Shown: positions 24,546 through 38,409 of the stretch, one piece after another
Position numbering within the stretch: position 1 is the stretch's first letter
How the letters are laid out: each line of letters begins with the position of its first letter
From: Vicugna vicugna
Lineage: Eukaryota
Reading direction: 5' to 3'
Length of the DNA stretch: 64,000 bases
Assembly: GCA_013265495.1 (NCBI GenBank)
Contig: MU058000.1
Span: forward strand, 1,984,001 to 2,048,000
Notes under the pieces: model-generated
Database searches by the model: none
Told to the model about the DNA's origin: nothing
What the model saw: only the letters and a program-made list of their open reading frames with translations
Translations under genes and position numbers: made by a program

Positions 24546-27031
24546 CACCATTCATTGGTAAGAATAGTACTTGTCTACCCACTTTAAAATCTTATTGTGT
24601 GTCATTTATCCAATGCTGTCTCACTCTACTGTATATCTAAATTATCATGGAATTTATTATTCTATTTTGAAATCATTTGTTCATAATACTCTCTGTATTG
24701 TTGAACCCCATTCCTTAGACTAAGTTCTTTAAAAGCAGGACCTTTATGTTTTTATTTGTGTCCTCAGCACCTGAAACATTACATAAACATGTGTAAAGTC
24801 CTGAGAAAACACACTACTTCTCCAGAAATTTGTCTTGTAATTCACCAGTAATGGAACTGATTTTAACATAGCAGGGTCTGTCTCTTTAAAGTAGAATCAC
24901 GGACACACCTTCAATATTTCTCATCCTCATTCTCAATATTTCTCATTTATTTGCTTTTTTAAATATTGGAAATCATAAAAAAATGTTTCTAAGATAACTT
25001 AATTACAAATGGGGAATTAAAAATAGAGAAAATCAATGACAGCACTGTTCAAGTTCATGTACAGTAGCCAAGTGTTCTCTTCTCCTCTCCTTCAGTGAAA
25101 CAAAACAAAACAAAAATGACAAACACAGGAACTCCAGTTTCTAACTGCATCAAGCAGAAACACTAATGTTATACAATATTTCTTAAAAACCAGGTATGAG
25201 ATGCTTCAGTTGGATCTTATGAATCAGGGAGAATTTCTGTATTAACTTAGTGGGGGACTAAACTGCAAAAGAAGTGGAAAAAAAAAGATCTTACACATGT
25301 GGCGTTATTTTCCCCCTGTATTAATAGGCATTTTGACTACAAGGGTATTAATTAATAGGTTTTGTAAAAATATGAATGCACACATCAGCAGTGATACAAT
25401 TGGTCTTTGAAAATTAAGAAGTTCACCTTATTCCCCATTAGAATGGAAATCTGCATGCCATCATAACACACATAAAGCTGAATGTATAAAATCAGGTCAC
25501 AGACTCTAACAGTAAACCTTTCTTTGTATAATACTTAAAGAAGATAAAATTAAGCTTTTTCACTACGGGTGAGATCAGAGTACAGTTGCACTGCTCCATT
25601 CCATTGCAGAAAACCTTTGAAGGTTCAGCCGACTTTCATAATGGCAGATTTGGTTTCCCATTAGAGTATGAGAACTAGACATCTGTGGATTTTGATAGAT
25701 GGGCTTGCAGAAATAAATACATATTTATTATTTACTTGATTTTCTAAGAAACATCCAAATGGAACACAACTGAATGCAACTTTGTTGATAATTCAAAACA
25801 GGGAAGGGCTAGTTGAACTATATATATGATAAGAACTTCTACCATGTCCTACACCAGCTGTATAGGGTGTGGCTAGAATCAAACCTGTAAGTTTTAATGT
25901 TCCTAAATTCAAAAGAGTTGTTTTACATTTTTCGTTTCTAAGTAGTCGGAATAGCATTTACACGTAAGGAGAATGGAATATTTTAACTTCCCAGTTCTAA
26001 TCAGCTTCAGGAGAGGTCAGGAAAATGCTCCCTTTTCAGTTTGCCCCTCCTCTCCTTGAGACACTTCTTTTGATCTGATTCATAGGTCAGGGTCACTATT
26101 ATTTTGAGGGACATTCTGAATCTAAATACCAGTGACATAGACCAAACTGATTTGGAACAATGTTAAAAAAAAAAAAAAAGTCCCTGTAACACAAATAAAA
26201 GAAAGGGCCGTAGGGCATGGAAGTGCTTTTTATTCATGCTTTTGCATAATTTTTCTGCGTAATTGGCAATTAACCTTTGTTATTCCTCAAATCTTTTACC
26301 TTCAAACTGGTTTCCTTTTTGAAGGCGGTAGGGGGACACTGATTTTTTTTTTTCCCAAGTGCTTCCATTTTTGGCCTTTTTAAACTTTGCCCAGTGAGAA
26401 TAACTAGTTTTTCCACTGAAGAACTTGCATTAGGAATTCATTCATACTAATTTGTATCTAGAAGAAGCCACTTGGGTAAAAATCAATTTACTAGAAGGTA
26501 TACAGGCTGCGTCATGACTTCCGCTTTAGGATATTCATTGGAAGTATTTTTAAAGAGGGACAGCTATGAGGTTGCCGGAGGTACTTTTTAGAATTGTGGA
26601 TATTTAGAGAGATAGCTAGACTCTGCATCTTCTTGTCTACCTTTATTTATTTGGATATTTTGCTTCTAGTAAACTCAACACTACGTGACAAATAAGTACA
26701 TCAAAGTTTTTTGAAAATCCTATAGAATTACTTTATTTCTTTGGCCTTCCCTTGGAAGCTCAGCAAATCTGGTTTAGTATATAGATATTTTAAATGAGCT
26801 TAAAAGCTTGGAGGAGTAATCTTTAGTTATCTCAATAATGCATATATGGGGTTAATCCCATTTCCAAGTGATTCTTGAAATGATTACTTAATCTGTGTTT
26901 TTGAACTGCTCTGGCAAACAGAAATACAACTTTTAGGCACATGGTAACTCAGAAACCTCTTACTAATAATACAGCTTGTTGTGTTAGGTCTTTTTTTTTT
27001 TTTCTTTTCTAGGCTTTCTGATGACTAAAGC

Positions 27032-27215
27032 AGTACTTCTAAACAGTCACTGCACATCAAACCACTTGATTACTAGTATTTTTTAAACACTGCCAATGCC
27101 TAGTCTGTACCCCATACCAATTAAATAAGAAATTCTGCAGATAAGGCTAGCTATTAGTATTCTTTAAAAGCTTCCCAGAAGCTCCTAATGTGGAAACAGG
27201 GTTTATAATCGTTGG
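27032..27215. mobile_element. MER5-type hAT-Charlie non-autonomous element
   Basis: cagtacttctaaac...tgcacatcaaaccacttg...ccaattaaataagaaattctg...aaagcttcccagaagctcctaatgtg. Confidence 0.65.
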
Positions 27216-30200
27216 AATAAAACGAATGACTTTGACATGCATATACACAATGGAAAATCACCTTATTATCTATATGTCCACTTTCAGGTAATGCTTTTAT
27301 CAAAGATATCTGTAACATTTTATGAAATATATTAACTCGGTGAATCCAGGAAGACATTGGGAGAAGATAACGGTTTTTTTATGCAGCAATTTTTTTTTTA
27401 ATGCAGCCATAAGAGTGAAGTAAGTCAAGAATAGAGTTGGGAGCTCAGATGCCTGAGTTATGAGAATCCTTTCTCAGTGTTACCCAAGTACAATGACATG
27501 ATAAATAAAACTAGCTTCAGTTCAGTACGTCTAACTTGGTGGTCTCCCGCCTGCGACCCACACACTTCTGAAAGTACAGGAAGACTTTCCAACAGTTTTT
27601 AGAAAATAATTTCCCAGACTCCCAACTTCCACATGTTCTCTTCCCTAAAGTGTGTCTTCCAGAGAATGGCTTCGGCACTCTGCTGCTTCCCCTTTCACAC
27701 CTCTTCTCTTACTTTCTTAAAGGCAGTCAACATCCCAACACATCTTGAATCTTGCTTTCACAGGGCATTGACCTGGTGTATAAAATACCAAGTGTCAAAA
27801 AAAAAAAAAGTGCTATTCAAGAATGCAGAGCTTCAGAGTGAGAATTCCTGGAAGTAAAGTAAGGAGAGATTATGCAAAAATAGTAACTGATTTTATACGA
27901 GAAACACTCATGGCAAGATTGTGTCTAATTATTCTTATTTATTTATCTATCCATCCATCTGTTCAATTTATATTTTAGAAGTGAAATAACTGTCATATGG
28001 AACTGTACTAACTCATTTATTTGAACTGGGGAAAAAAAAACTCATAAGGGTGTATCTCCTACAGAAAGTTTGATCTGACTGATGGCTTAACAGTGAGATC
28101 TAACTTATTGTTGGAATTATGTGGCAGTAGGCATTCTGCTTAAACTGAATTAATTAAATCAGCCCCTTCGTGTTTATGCTTAAATTATATACACAAACAA
28201 TTCATGGGAAAGTACATAGTTTATTAATATTAATCTTATGTAATTGATAAAATGCCAACCTAAAGATGTGCTGAGGAATACACAGTTTTACAAAAAAATG
28301 TTTGAAGACCACTGGTCCAGCTCATGGTACCTTGGGTGACTGATTGAGATGGAATTTGGGGGTGTTAATAAAACGTATACATAAATCCACATGAGATGGA
28401 CTTTTGCTAAAAGCAAGGGATTTTTTTTTTTTAAGCTTTGAGCTGGCTAAAAAATGCCTAGCTGATCTCCTCGGACTAGGGCAGGGAAAATTAATGAAAT
28501 GCTTATCAATCAGTATAGCCTGTCTCTTCTAGTTAGTTGCATCTGCAAGGAAGGAGATACCAGAGCTCACTTTTCTGAGTGAATGCAGTTAAGAATAGGT
28601 TTGAGGCAGACTGCTGGGCAGCAGTGTTGCTTTATTGAAGCAGGTGACACTTCAGCTTCCACTGGGTACTTTGCTCCTGCTGGAATCTGCTACCTCTTGC
28701 TCAACAGTTTTGCACAGATCTTAAGTGCCTGTGCTTGGAGTTTAGCTCAGAAGTGGGGCAACTTTCTCTCTCTCCTTTATGTTAATACTATTGAAACTGT
28801 TTCTGGCTATTTGCATAATTTTAGAGAAAAAGTATTTTTCTTTTATTTACTCTTTCCCTTTCAGTAGGCTGTGGAGCTGGGCCAGGATACACATTTGAGA
28901 AATAAATACTAAGCCTTATTCAGAATCATCACTGCTCCGAGGAGTCCTTAAGAATGAGTTCTCCTGTTGTAGCTTCCTTAATCCTTCCTGCAAATTGACT
29001 AACAGATAAGGCTTGGCTGCTGGAAGATTGTTAGACACAAATCTCTGAATCTCAGTGCTAGACACAAAGTATAAATGGTGAGCCCCATGACATACGTAAA
29101 GAATCTAGAATAGTTGACGGCACATAGCACAGACTCAGAAAATTGGGTTTCTTTCCTTTATCGCTTCACTGTTGTACTGCAAATTCAAAAATACTTTAGG
29201 AAAAAACTTTCAAAATGAAGCACACATATAACAGCATCCTAACAGCAAACATCAAACATGCAACAACAAACATCAAAAATATTCAACCACAACTGAATGG
29301 TTAATTTTGGTAAGACCTAACATAATTTTATCCTTTAAAGTGAGGTACACTCACATTTTTAATGATAGGAAAATACATAGGCTATAATTATGAGTCATAA
29401 ATGAAATTGCTGAATGACAAACATGTTACGGTATCAAATACATGTCTAAAGAAAAGCCTAGATGGAAACATGCTTCAGTTAGTAATAAGCTTTCAGTGGT
29501 TAGTGTAATTTTGCATGGGTACTGTTAGCTACTTTGTAGTAATTGAGAATATCTTCCAAAAGGAAGGTGTATTATTTTTATATTGGAGAATGAATAATTT
29601 GATTAAACAGACATCCCAAAAGCAGCCTATTTGCCAATGTTCTCCAGAGGGAGGGATTTTCCTGATGATAAGGCCTTAGGAAATCTTTCGCTGAAATATT
29701 CACCTTTCTGCCAACTCCTCAGCTATCTTTAGGACAAGCATAGTGGATATATTATTTTAAAAGTCCTCCTTCCCTTAGCCTGTGCCTAATTTGGAAGAAG
29801 GAGCTTCTTTTCAGGCTGCTCAAAATCTTGCTTCAGCTAATAAGCTGTTTTTCTATAGGACTTTCTATTCCTTTTTTCATGATGAGTGGTCTTATTTGAT
29901 TCCTTGATATCTCATTATTATTTCTAAACAAATCACTTCACTGAGGTACACAATTTTTTTGCAATCAGGGCTTGCTTACTTTAACCTTTTTTTTTTTTTT
30001 TGCAGTAATCCTCATTCAAGGACATTTGAACTATTCACTAATTATACCCTCTTGTGAAAGGCAGCTGCTTCTCATTTTGAAATCCAGCTCCTGAATCTAA
30101 TAAATTCTGCCTCTTCCTCAATAAGTAATTGACAGCTATAGTTGGAGAGAGAGACGTTTCACTGATCTTGGTCAAACAGCAGATTTAAACTTGGCTGCCA

Positions 30201-31995
30201 AATGTGATCAATGCAGGCCTGCCTGCCGAGGTACAATCAAAGACTCATGGTAGGCTGCATGCTTTGCTGAGCCCATCCTCACTTCCCAAGTGGATGTAGG
30301 CAAGTCTCTACTTCTTTCTTCTCTTCTATCCTGCCATTTAGAAATCCATCTATTTATAATAAATCTTAAATCATTATGAATTTATCTAGGAAGTTCTCAG
30401 TGTCTGAGGTTTAGAAACAAACTAATTTCCTGCCAAGAAAACCATACTGCATAATAATGGCTTTTGGTTAACAAAACAGTTTTTGTAGTCAGCGTTCCAA
30501 AATGTTTAAACACAGTCACCAACTAAACTAACAAAAGGCATCAATTTATAAATAATGTTCCATAACCAAGAATTACCATGTTTAATGAGAGATAAAAATA
30601 TATATTAGTTTGTAGGTCAACTGGGTCTAAATAACATAATGTCTCAGTTGAATGAAGACATATATTTTTGTTGCATTTTACAGGTTATTAGTCGAGAATG
30701 GAAGGTAGAAAGACCTTAAGTGGATTCTGCTGGGTTTTTGAAACTCAAGTTACATATCAATATGAGGGATTTACTTATGGTCTATGGAGTGGAAATTTTA
30801 TGTGGCTGCCTGGGGAGAAAAGGCAGAGGAGACACAGTGAAGTGGAGTACAGTATAAATACCGTTTTTTAGCCCAACTGCAAGAAATTGAACTGATTCCT
30901 CACAGGAAGAAAGATGCTTCTGGAATAAGTGTAAGAGGTCTCCATTCTCTAGAATCCATTTAAGACTCAGAGAAAAAAGCAATATTGCTTTGAGACAGAG
31001 GTAAATGAGACAACACATTGCTTGCTGGAGAGAGCGACTCTGCTCATTTATGCATGAGATTCAGCATTACAGTGAAAGTGGAAATTAGCCCTGTAGCATT
31101 TAACAGCTATGGCATTGCAGCTTTGGTGGCACTGGAATCAGCTCTCTAGATAGGGAGACAAATAGTGTTCCCTTGGAAAGTATACTGTGCCAGCAAGAGA
31201 AAGGATACGGGCCAATGTAGTTGGCCCCAGGCGTGTGTGAGATAAGCCTGGGCTTCTCAGGAGTACCTGGTGAGGCTTCATCTTAATGGATATTTGAAAG
31301 CTTGTGGTATTTACAGAAAACCTCATTCTTAGAGATCCCTGAACTGATAGACATTAATTTTCCACAGATATCTGGTGAAAACTTGATTTTTTTCAGTCTC
31401 CACAGTCCCATAATGAATGCAGTACCATTCTCATGTTAAGCCATATGATTTATATCTCAGAGAGAACAATAAATGGCCCATTCTCACCCAGCCAGCAGAT
31501 GGTTTCAAACCCAGCCCTTTAATTGTAGATCCCAAATGTTTTTACTACACATACTACATCTTTAAAGTTTTTTCTGACTGAAAAACAAAGATGCTGTATC
31601 TTCATATTTTAGGATTATTTCTAGGATTAATTCAGGTCTAGTCCCTTCTTTTGTATGAGTAAGTCCTTCATTCTCCCTGACGGGATTGGCGATGATGGTT
31701 GTAAAGCAGGCAAGTAAGACATCCATACATTTTCGAGGTCAAAACAAGCAACCGATTTAAATGGAGGGAGCTGAGAAATTACATGTGCAGTTTAGCTCAA
31801 ACGTAAGACTCTTGCCAGTCACTCCTGTTTCCACTGGGATCATGACCCATGAGATTGGACTATCCTCTGGCTCATCATGGCACCTATGATTTTCAGGACC
31901 TGGTGCACTCCTCTGAGATTGAATCTCTAGGGAACCGCTGAAGCCAAATCTCTCACTTTCCACAAATGTGGGAATTTCACATATTATAAAAAGTA

Positions 31996-33317
31996 GAACA
32001 CTCCCTCACACCGTACACAAAAATAAACTCAAAATGACTTAAAAACTTACAAGACAAAATACTATAAACCTCCTAGAAGAAAACATAGGTAAAACATTCT
32101 TTGACATAAATCTTAGCAATGTTCTCCTAGAGCAGTTTACCCAGTCAATGGAAATAAAAGCAAAAATAAACAAATAGGACCTAATTAAACTTACAAGCTT
32201 TTGCACAGCATAGGAAACTATAAGCAAACCAAAGCAACAACCTGCGGAATGGGGGAAAATAGTTGCAAATGATGCGAATGACAAAGGTTTAATTTCTAGA
32301 ATATATAAACAGCTCATCCAACTTAATAACAACAACAACAAAAAATAAACAACCTAACCCCAAAATGGGCAAAAGACCTAAACAAGCAGTTCTCCAATGA
32401 AGACATACAAATGGCCAATAGGCACACGAAGAAATGCTCAGTATCGCTAATTATCAGAGAAATGCAGGTCAAAACTACAGTGAAGTATCACCTCACACCA
32501 GTCAGAATAGTCATCATTAATAAGTTCATGAAAGATAAATGCTGGGGAGGGTGTGGAGAAAAGGGAGCCCTTCTACACCGCTGGTGGGAATGCAGTTTCG
32601 TGCAGCTGTTACGGAAAACAGTATGGAGATTCCTCAAAAAACTAAAAATAGACTTAACATATGATCCAGCAATCCCACTCCTGGGCATATATCTGGAGGG
32701 AACTCTAATTCAAAAAGATACTTGTACCGCAGTGTTCATAGCAGCACTATATACAATAGCCAAGACAGGGAAGCAACCTAAATGTCCATCAACGGATGAC
32801 TGGATAAAGAAACCGTGGTATTTTATACAATGAGATACTTCAGACATAAAAAAGACTAAAATGCTATGTGCAGCAACGCGGATGGACCTAGAGATCGTCA
32901 TTCTAAGTGAAGTAAGCCAGAAAGAGAAAGAAAAATACCATATGATATCACTCATATGTGGATTCTAAAATAAGAGAAAAAAAAAAAAAGAGGACGCTAA
33001 TGAACTCATCTACAATACAGAAACAGACTTGCAGACATAGCAAACAATTTAATGGCCACCAGGGGAAAGGGGGTGAGAAGAGATATATTTGGGAGTTTGA
33101 TATTTGCAAATGTTAACTACTATATGTATAAAAATATAAAAAAAAACAAATTTCTTCTGTATAGCACAGGGAACTATATTCAGTATCCTGTAATAACCTT
33201 TAATGAAAAAGAAGATGAAAACAAATACATGTGTATATATATATACATGACTGGGACATTATGCTGTGCACCAGAAATTGACACGTTGTAACTGACTATA
33301 CTTCAATTCAAAAAAAA
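31996..33317 (+). mobile_element. Young 5'-truncated LINE-1 (ORF2 C-terminus, 3' UTR, poly-A) with TSD
   Basis: ORF 32411-32833 keeps the ORF2 zinc knuckle [18 protein letters not shown]; poly-A from 33310; TSD AAAAAGTA at 31988-31995 and 33318-33325; many CpGs retained. Confidence 0.97.
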
Positions 33318-33984
33318 AAAAAGTACAATCATATTATTCTGAGCCAGAGCCAGAAATAATTGATCTGATTAATGTATAACCAAAGAAGCTGAGTCTGAAA
33401 TATGAAGAGTTTGGCACAAAACCATGCAGCCAGCAAGAGGCAGAGTTGGCAATATATCTCAAGATCTCATCACAGCCTTCTGTATCTTCTTGTTCAGCAA
33501 CATTCAACCTATTCATCTGGGCAGAGAAAAGAAATGCATTCAGGGAAATTCTTTCTGTATCCTCTTAAGTCATTTGGTTAAGGAGTCTTTATTAGCAATG
33601 TCAGGGCAACTCACACCCCCAAGAGCTTCTTGACTTACAGCAGTCCTCTTTCTCTAAGATGCAAAGTCCAAGAATTGTGTCATGGTCTTCTGATTCTTTC
33701 TATACACAGAAAAGTTAGCAGTCTTAGTTATACGCTCTTTCTTCACTTTTTTGTGTGTTTGTAAACACGTAAGTGCAAGGTTGATATTTTCCTGGAGAAT
33801 ATTGCAAGGTTCATTTAATTGAGAAACAAGGCATTAACTGTGATGATCTCCTAGTGGCTTGATAGGGTCAGTAAAGTTCCTTGATGAGGTAAAATGATGG
33901 TTCATAGTAACCTATATTATTTGTTTTGTTTTTAGATCCTCATCAATTTGTAGGGAGAGGGGCTGTTAGAGAAATATAGTATAG

Positions 33985-34495
33985 TAAATGTTTGTGCTTA
34001 GCATTCCCAACATGCATTGTAACACCTTCTAGCACAGAGTCTCAGTTTTCACTTGAGAATTCTGTCCGCTTCCACTGTTAACTCATACTGTCTAAGTGGA
34101 CCTTCATCCCACGTGACATGACCTCAGTCAAGTCAGGAAGTGCATTGTATTTTCCTGGCCACAGTGATTGGCTCAGGTATGGCAGCAACATATCCTGATT
34201 CTATCAGAATGACTGGGAATTTTGTGGGCTAGTCTTGAAAACAGGACTATTTTTTGCTGCAGATATTAAATATGAGATGATGTAAGACTGGGGCTGTTAT
34301 AGACATATTGTTACCAAGAAACAATAGTTTGTGTCACTGGGGAACCACCAAAGGAAGCCTGAGAATGAAGCCAGTACAGACAAGGCAGATTCATGGGAGA
34401 ACCTAAGTCCTAATGGCTTTGTTTGAGACCTGAACAAAGATGCTTTGATTTTTACTTACTTGAATTAGGACTTTTTCCCCCTGATCATCAAGAGT
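33985..34495 (+). mobile_element. Old MaLR LTR (MLT1K/L-like)
   Basis: tcctggccacagtgattggctcagg; gaagcctgagaatgaagccagtacag; tcctaatggctttgtttgagacctg. Confidence 0.7.
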
Positions 34496-36439
34496 GTGTA
34501 GTGTGTGTGGTGTATGTCCTTGTTTGAAATAAGCAGTCTTACTCATAAAATAAGGAAACTAAAATTATTACAGGTTGGATGAATGTGTACTTATCCATCA
34601 AGACAAATTTCATCATACCTGATGGTTCTTCCTCCTCTGAAAAAAGTATTTTAATTTTTGAATATTTTCGGTAAGTTGTCATTCCGAGCTAATCTCATCT
34701 TGTTCTTCCATTTCTGGTTGTCTGGTTTGGAACAGACAAATTATAATTTTTAAAAGATTTTATCTCTCAGTTTTATTAATTGTGGACCAGTTTGTTAAAG
34801 GTATCATCAGCAATTTTCAGAACATTTGAAGAAATAGTTTAATTTTTTATAAAAATTCTATAGTAATAGTAATAGTAACTTATATTTGCCAAACATTTAT
34901 AAAGAATTCTCATGAGAAAACATTTGTCTTAATTCAAAGAGTAAACAACCATAAGTAGACAATTTTAGACTCTGCCAAGCTAGATATTTAGTAGGCATTG
35001 TTTATATTTATAAATTCATGGAATATATTCGGTTGAAGAGACTGTTTATAGATTCTTAGTGGAAAATCACTACTTGAGTTTTAGGAATTCTAGATGAATA
35101 TAAAGGAACACAAGGGAATTTGGTACAATTCAGTTATTTTGGTACAATTCAGGCTATTTTCTATAAATGGCTATTGTGAAATCTGTGCCCATGTGGAGAT
35201 TGACTGCTGCACTCATTGCCGCTTCAGTCCTGGGAACCACAGTATAATCAGAGCTCAGCCATCTTCACAAAAGGTCACGTGAAATTAACTGACTTGTTTT
35301 CCTATGTTTGAAATTGGAGTACGATGCGATTCTAAAGGAAACACAAGTTCTGTGCAACACAAACACCCTGCAGGTGGAATGTACCCAACATAATCAGTAT
35401 GACTCTAAAAGATACAGGAATCTTAAGGTAATTCTCTTGAAAAGAAAGGAAACATCTCTCCTTGCCCCTTGGAAAACTCTAGGAGCTGGACAATTTGGCA
35501 CAGCCTCAGGGCTGCCCTTTCAGGTCTCCTGTTACTAGAGCTTCTTTAATTCCTTCCCCTTTTCTGTGACTCAGGTTAAACATTGATGCTTCAGCAGTTT
35601 CAGTAATTTCCAAAGCTTTTCTTAATACAAAGTACAAGAACCACAGGGATATATTACATTCTTTAGGTTGAAGCAGCAGAGTGCCGGAATCTACCCGAGA
35701 CGTTGCAGCTGTCACCACGTTAATTGTGCAATAGAAATTTTCTGAATTTAAAAGCATGTGAAAAATTCCTTTAAAAACCTTCAAGTGTAATTACTAAGTG
35801 TTCACAGATCCAAGATAAATTAGTGCCCTTGGAAATGTGAACAATCTTTATAACTTGAAATATATTTTTGTGACTAATAATAAAAATATGACTTATTCCT
35901 TATATGTACTTTCTTAATTTCTAACACAATAAATGGTCTTTGAAAACACTGAAAGGCTCCAAATGAAAAAAAAATTTGTAGTCTCATCACCTAGAGGGAA
36001 ATATTTATAACGTTTTCTCGTTTATCTTCAGTCTTTTTCTTGTTGTACCTCCATGTAAGTGAGCTTCACTATGTAATGGCTTGTATGTAAGAAAACTGAA
36101 CTGATACATATTGTGTGTGTTGTTTTGTATTCTATTTTTCTTATATACATGAGAAGGTCCAGGTTAATGAGTATCAGTTGATTACATGATTTTTGATAGG
36201 TACTTAATATACACACACTTAAACAATCATATATTCTTGTTACCTTTAGACATTTCCAGAATTCTCCATAATGAGGTAAACTGTATTAAGCATCATTCCT
36301 TTTTCTGATACTGAAATTCTTTTTTATAAATTTTAAATTTGAATCTTATAGCAAGTCAAGTAGAGGTCAGTGATATTGAATTCCTGTAATCCTTAGAATA
36401 TTTTCATCATTGATTTGTTGATCAGTTTGCTTTTTTCTA

Positions 36440-36600
36440 TTAGTATCTACACAGATTATTTGCCTCTCTCCTTCACTAGGCTGTAAGCTTCTAGTAGGTG
36501 AGGACTATGTGTTTTTTCAGCTGACCATCATATCAGAAGTATCTCTTACAGTGTATGGCACATTGCAACAGCTCAATACTTATTATTGAAAAAGTGAGAA
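36440..36600 (+). mobile_element. L2 3' end
   Basis: ctctctccttcactaggctgtaagcttctagtaggtgaggactatgt...acagtgtatggcacattg...gctcaatac. Confidence 0.75.
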
Positions 36601-36739
36601 AAACATAGACTAAGTTTTCTTAAACTATAAGAAATACGATAATAAGAATGTTTCAGTGGTAAAAATGTCACGTTGAGACCTATTTTTCAGATGCTACAGT
36701 GTTTTAAATACAGTGTTGTATTTAACACAAGTCAATGAT

Positions 36740-36880
36740 GTATTACAATTCATTTTAAAGATGAAGAAATATTATCAAGCAAGTTAAGTAACTTATTTAA
36801 GTTTACAGAGACACTAAGTGGCAGATTCATGATGCAGCATGCAGTTTGTCTGTTGCAAAGTCCATGTTCTAAATGACTGT
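36740..36880 (-). mobile_element. MIR fragment
   Basis: cattttaaagatgaagaaa...aagttaagtaacttatttaagtttacagagacactaagtggcagattc. Confidence 0.7.
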
Positions 36881-37900
36881 GTGGTACTAATGGTTGCAAT
36901 TGTATTAGCATACTTATTCCCAGACTGCATCAAAGTACCTTAAAAGATCTAACTGATGTTGCTCATGAAAAGTTTCTGTATGCAAATAATTTTTCCAAAC
37001 AACTAATTAAATGAAGTCAGACAAGTTTTTCTCTCAGAGAACCCTGAAAGCATTTCCTACTGTGCATAGTAAACTATCATCCCTCCTGTTTCTGCACCTA
37101 TACTCCTGGTTCCCCAGATCCTTCCTTTTCAAGATGTGCTGTAGTGGTGCCATTACATATCGTACTAAATCGACGTTCCTTGGGAGATGTGTTCTTGTTT
37201 CTGAAAGGCTGAAGAGTTAACAGAAATGAAATGCTATCTTTCTTTGTCTTTGTTGCATTTTTTTCTCTCTCTATATATAATCTTCTTAAAGCCCTTTTCA
37301 TTAGAGCATAAGGATATATAATTTAAGACTAACTCCAGTTCTGACCACAGGTGAGGTCTGCCTCCAATCCCACTGAGAGTCTCTACCGTTTTTCATCTAG
37401 TGTGAACATATTAGGTTTGTCAAATTTATGTAATCATAACATCTACAGCCAAATGGATGGAATTAATAGAAACAGCAAGTGCTTGAATCACATCAAATCA
37501 ACATATTTGGGTTTTGCTTATTATTTGTACATAAAGGGTGAACAGTGACACCTCTAGAAAACCTAGTCACAGGTGGGAATTTCCCACTGTGCCATGTGAG
37601 ATCCATGAGCTTCAATGTCTTGTGCTACCCGCCCCCACAGCAGGCCTTTAGGTTGCCTCTGCACTCTCTTTATGTTTCAAGGTTGACTGTGATGAATCCT
37701 CTGGATTTTTCTCTGACACGAGCTTTTGGCAAGAAGATCCAATCAGCAGTATTGGCCCAGGAGGTTTCTTGGTAAAGAAAAATTATCCATAAATGCAAGG
37801 TGACCAGTAGGCCTAGCCAAGGCAACCAATGGACCACTGCAAGCACATACCTTGAGATTAAAAGACTATGGCCATTTATCCTTACCCTAATCCCCAAATA

Positions 37901-37901
<1 letters not shown>

Positions 37902-37944
<43 letters not shown>
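37902..37944. repeat. (TG)n microsatellite, ~21 units
   Basis: Perfect dinucleotide run. Confidence 0.98.
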
Positions 37945-37946
<2 letters not shown>

Positions 37947-38409
37947 GGGGGAGCGTATTAATAAAAGCTTTAATCAAGACATATTGAATGATTTTATATT
38001 GGATAAAGTTTAAGAGTCCTATAAAAAATAAGTTATTTGAACAAATTGCCTGTGATTGGTTTTCATATATTACTTCAAAGCCAATGAAGTGAATCCAACA
38101 TGGTTCACTGCCAGTTCCTAGATCTCTGTGGTTTCACTTTAATACGCCTGCTGATCCAGAAAGCCCTGGTTAAGGCAGTTCTGGGACTGAAGTCTCCTCC
38201 TCTCTGGAGGGCCTCAGTATTCTGTAAATGGACTAGGCATTTTGAGAGAGTGCCTTCACCTTCCCTCAGGGGAGGGCTTCAGTTACATGGCTCCCACTGG
38301 CCCCTCTAAGCAACCGGGTAACATTTCTGTCGCTGGGAATCATATTTGTCTCTTCCCACAGACTAGCAAGATCTACACCTGATTTAACTCACATTGCAAA
38401 GTAAAAAGC

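Noticed and set aside
31680..31800. Possible C/D-box snoRNA near gcgatgatgg
   Set aside because: No canonical RTGATGA box C and no terminal stem
32411..32833. 140-aa ORF as a host gene
   Set aside because: It is the C-terminus of L1 ORF2 in a truncated insertion; the overlapping antisense ORFs are typical L1 artefacts
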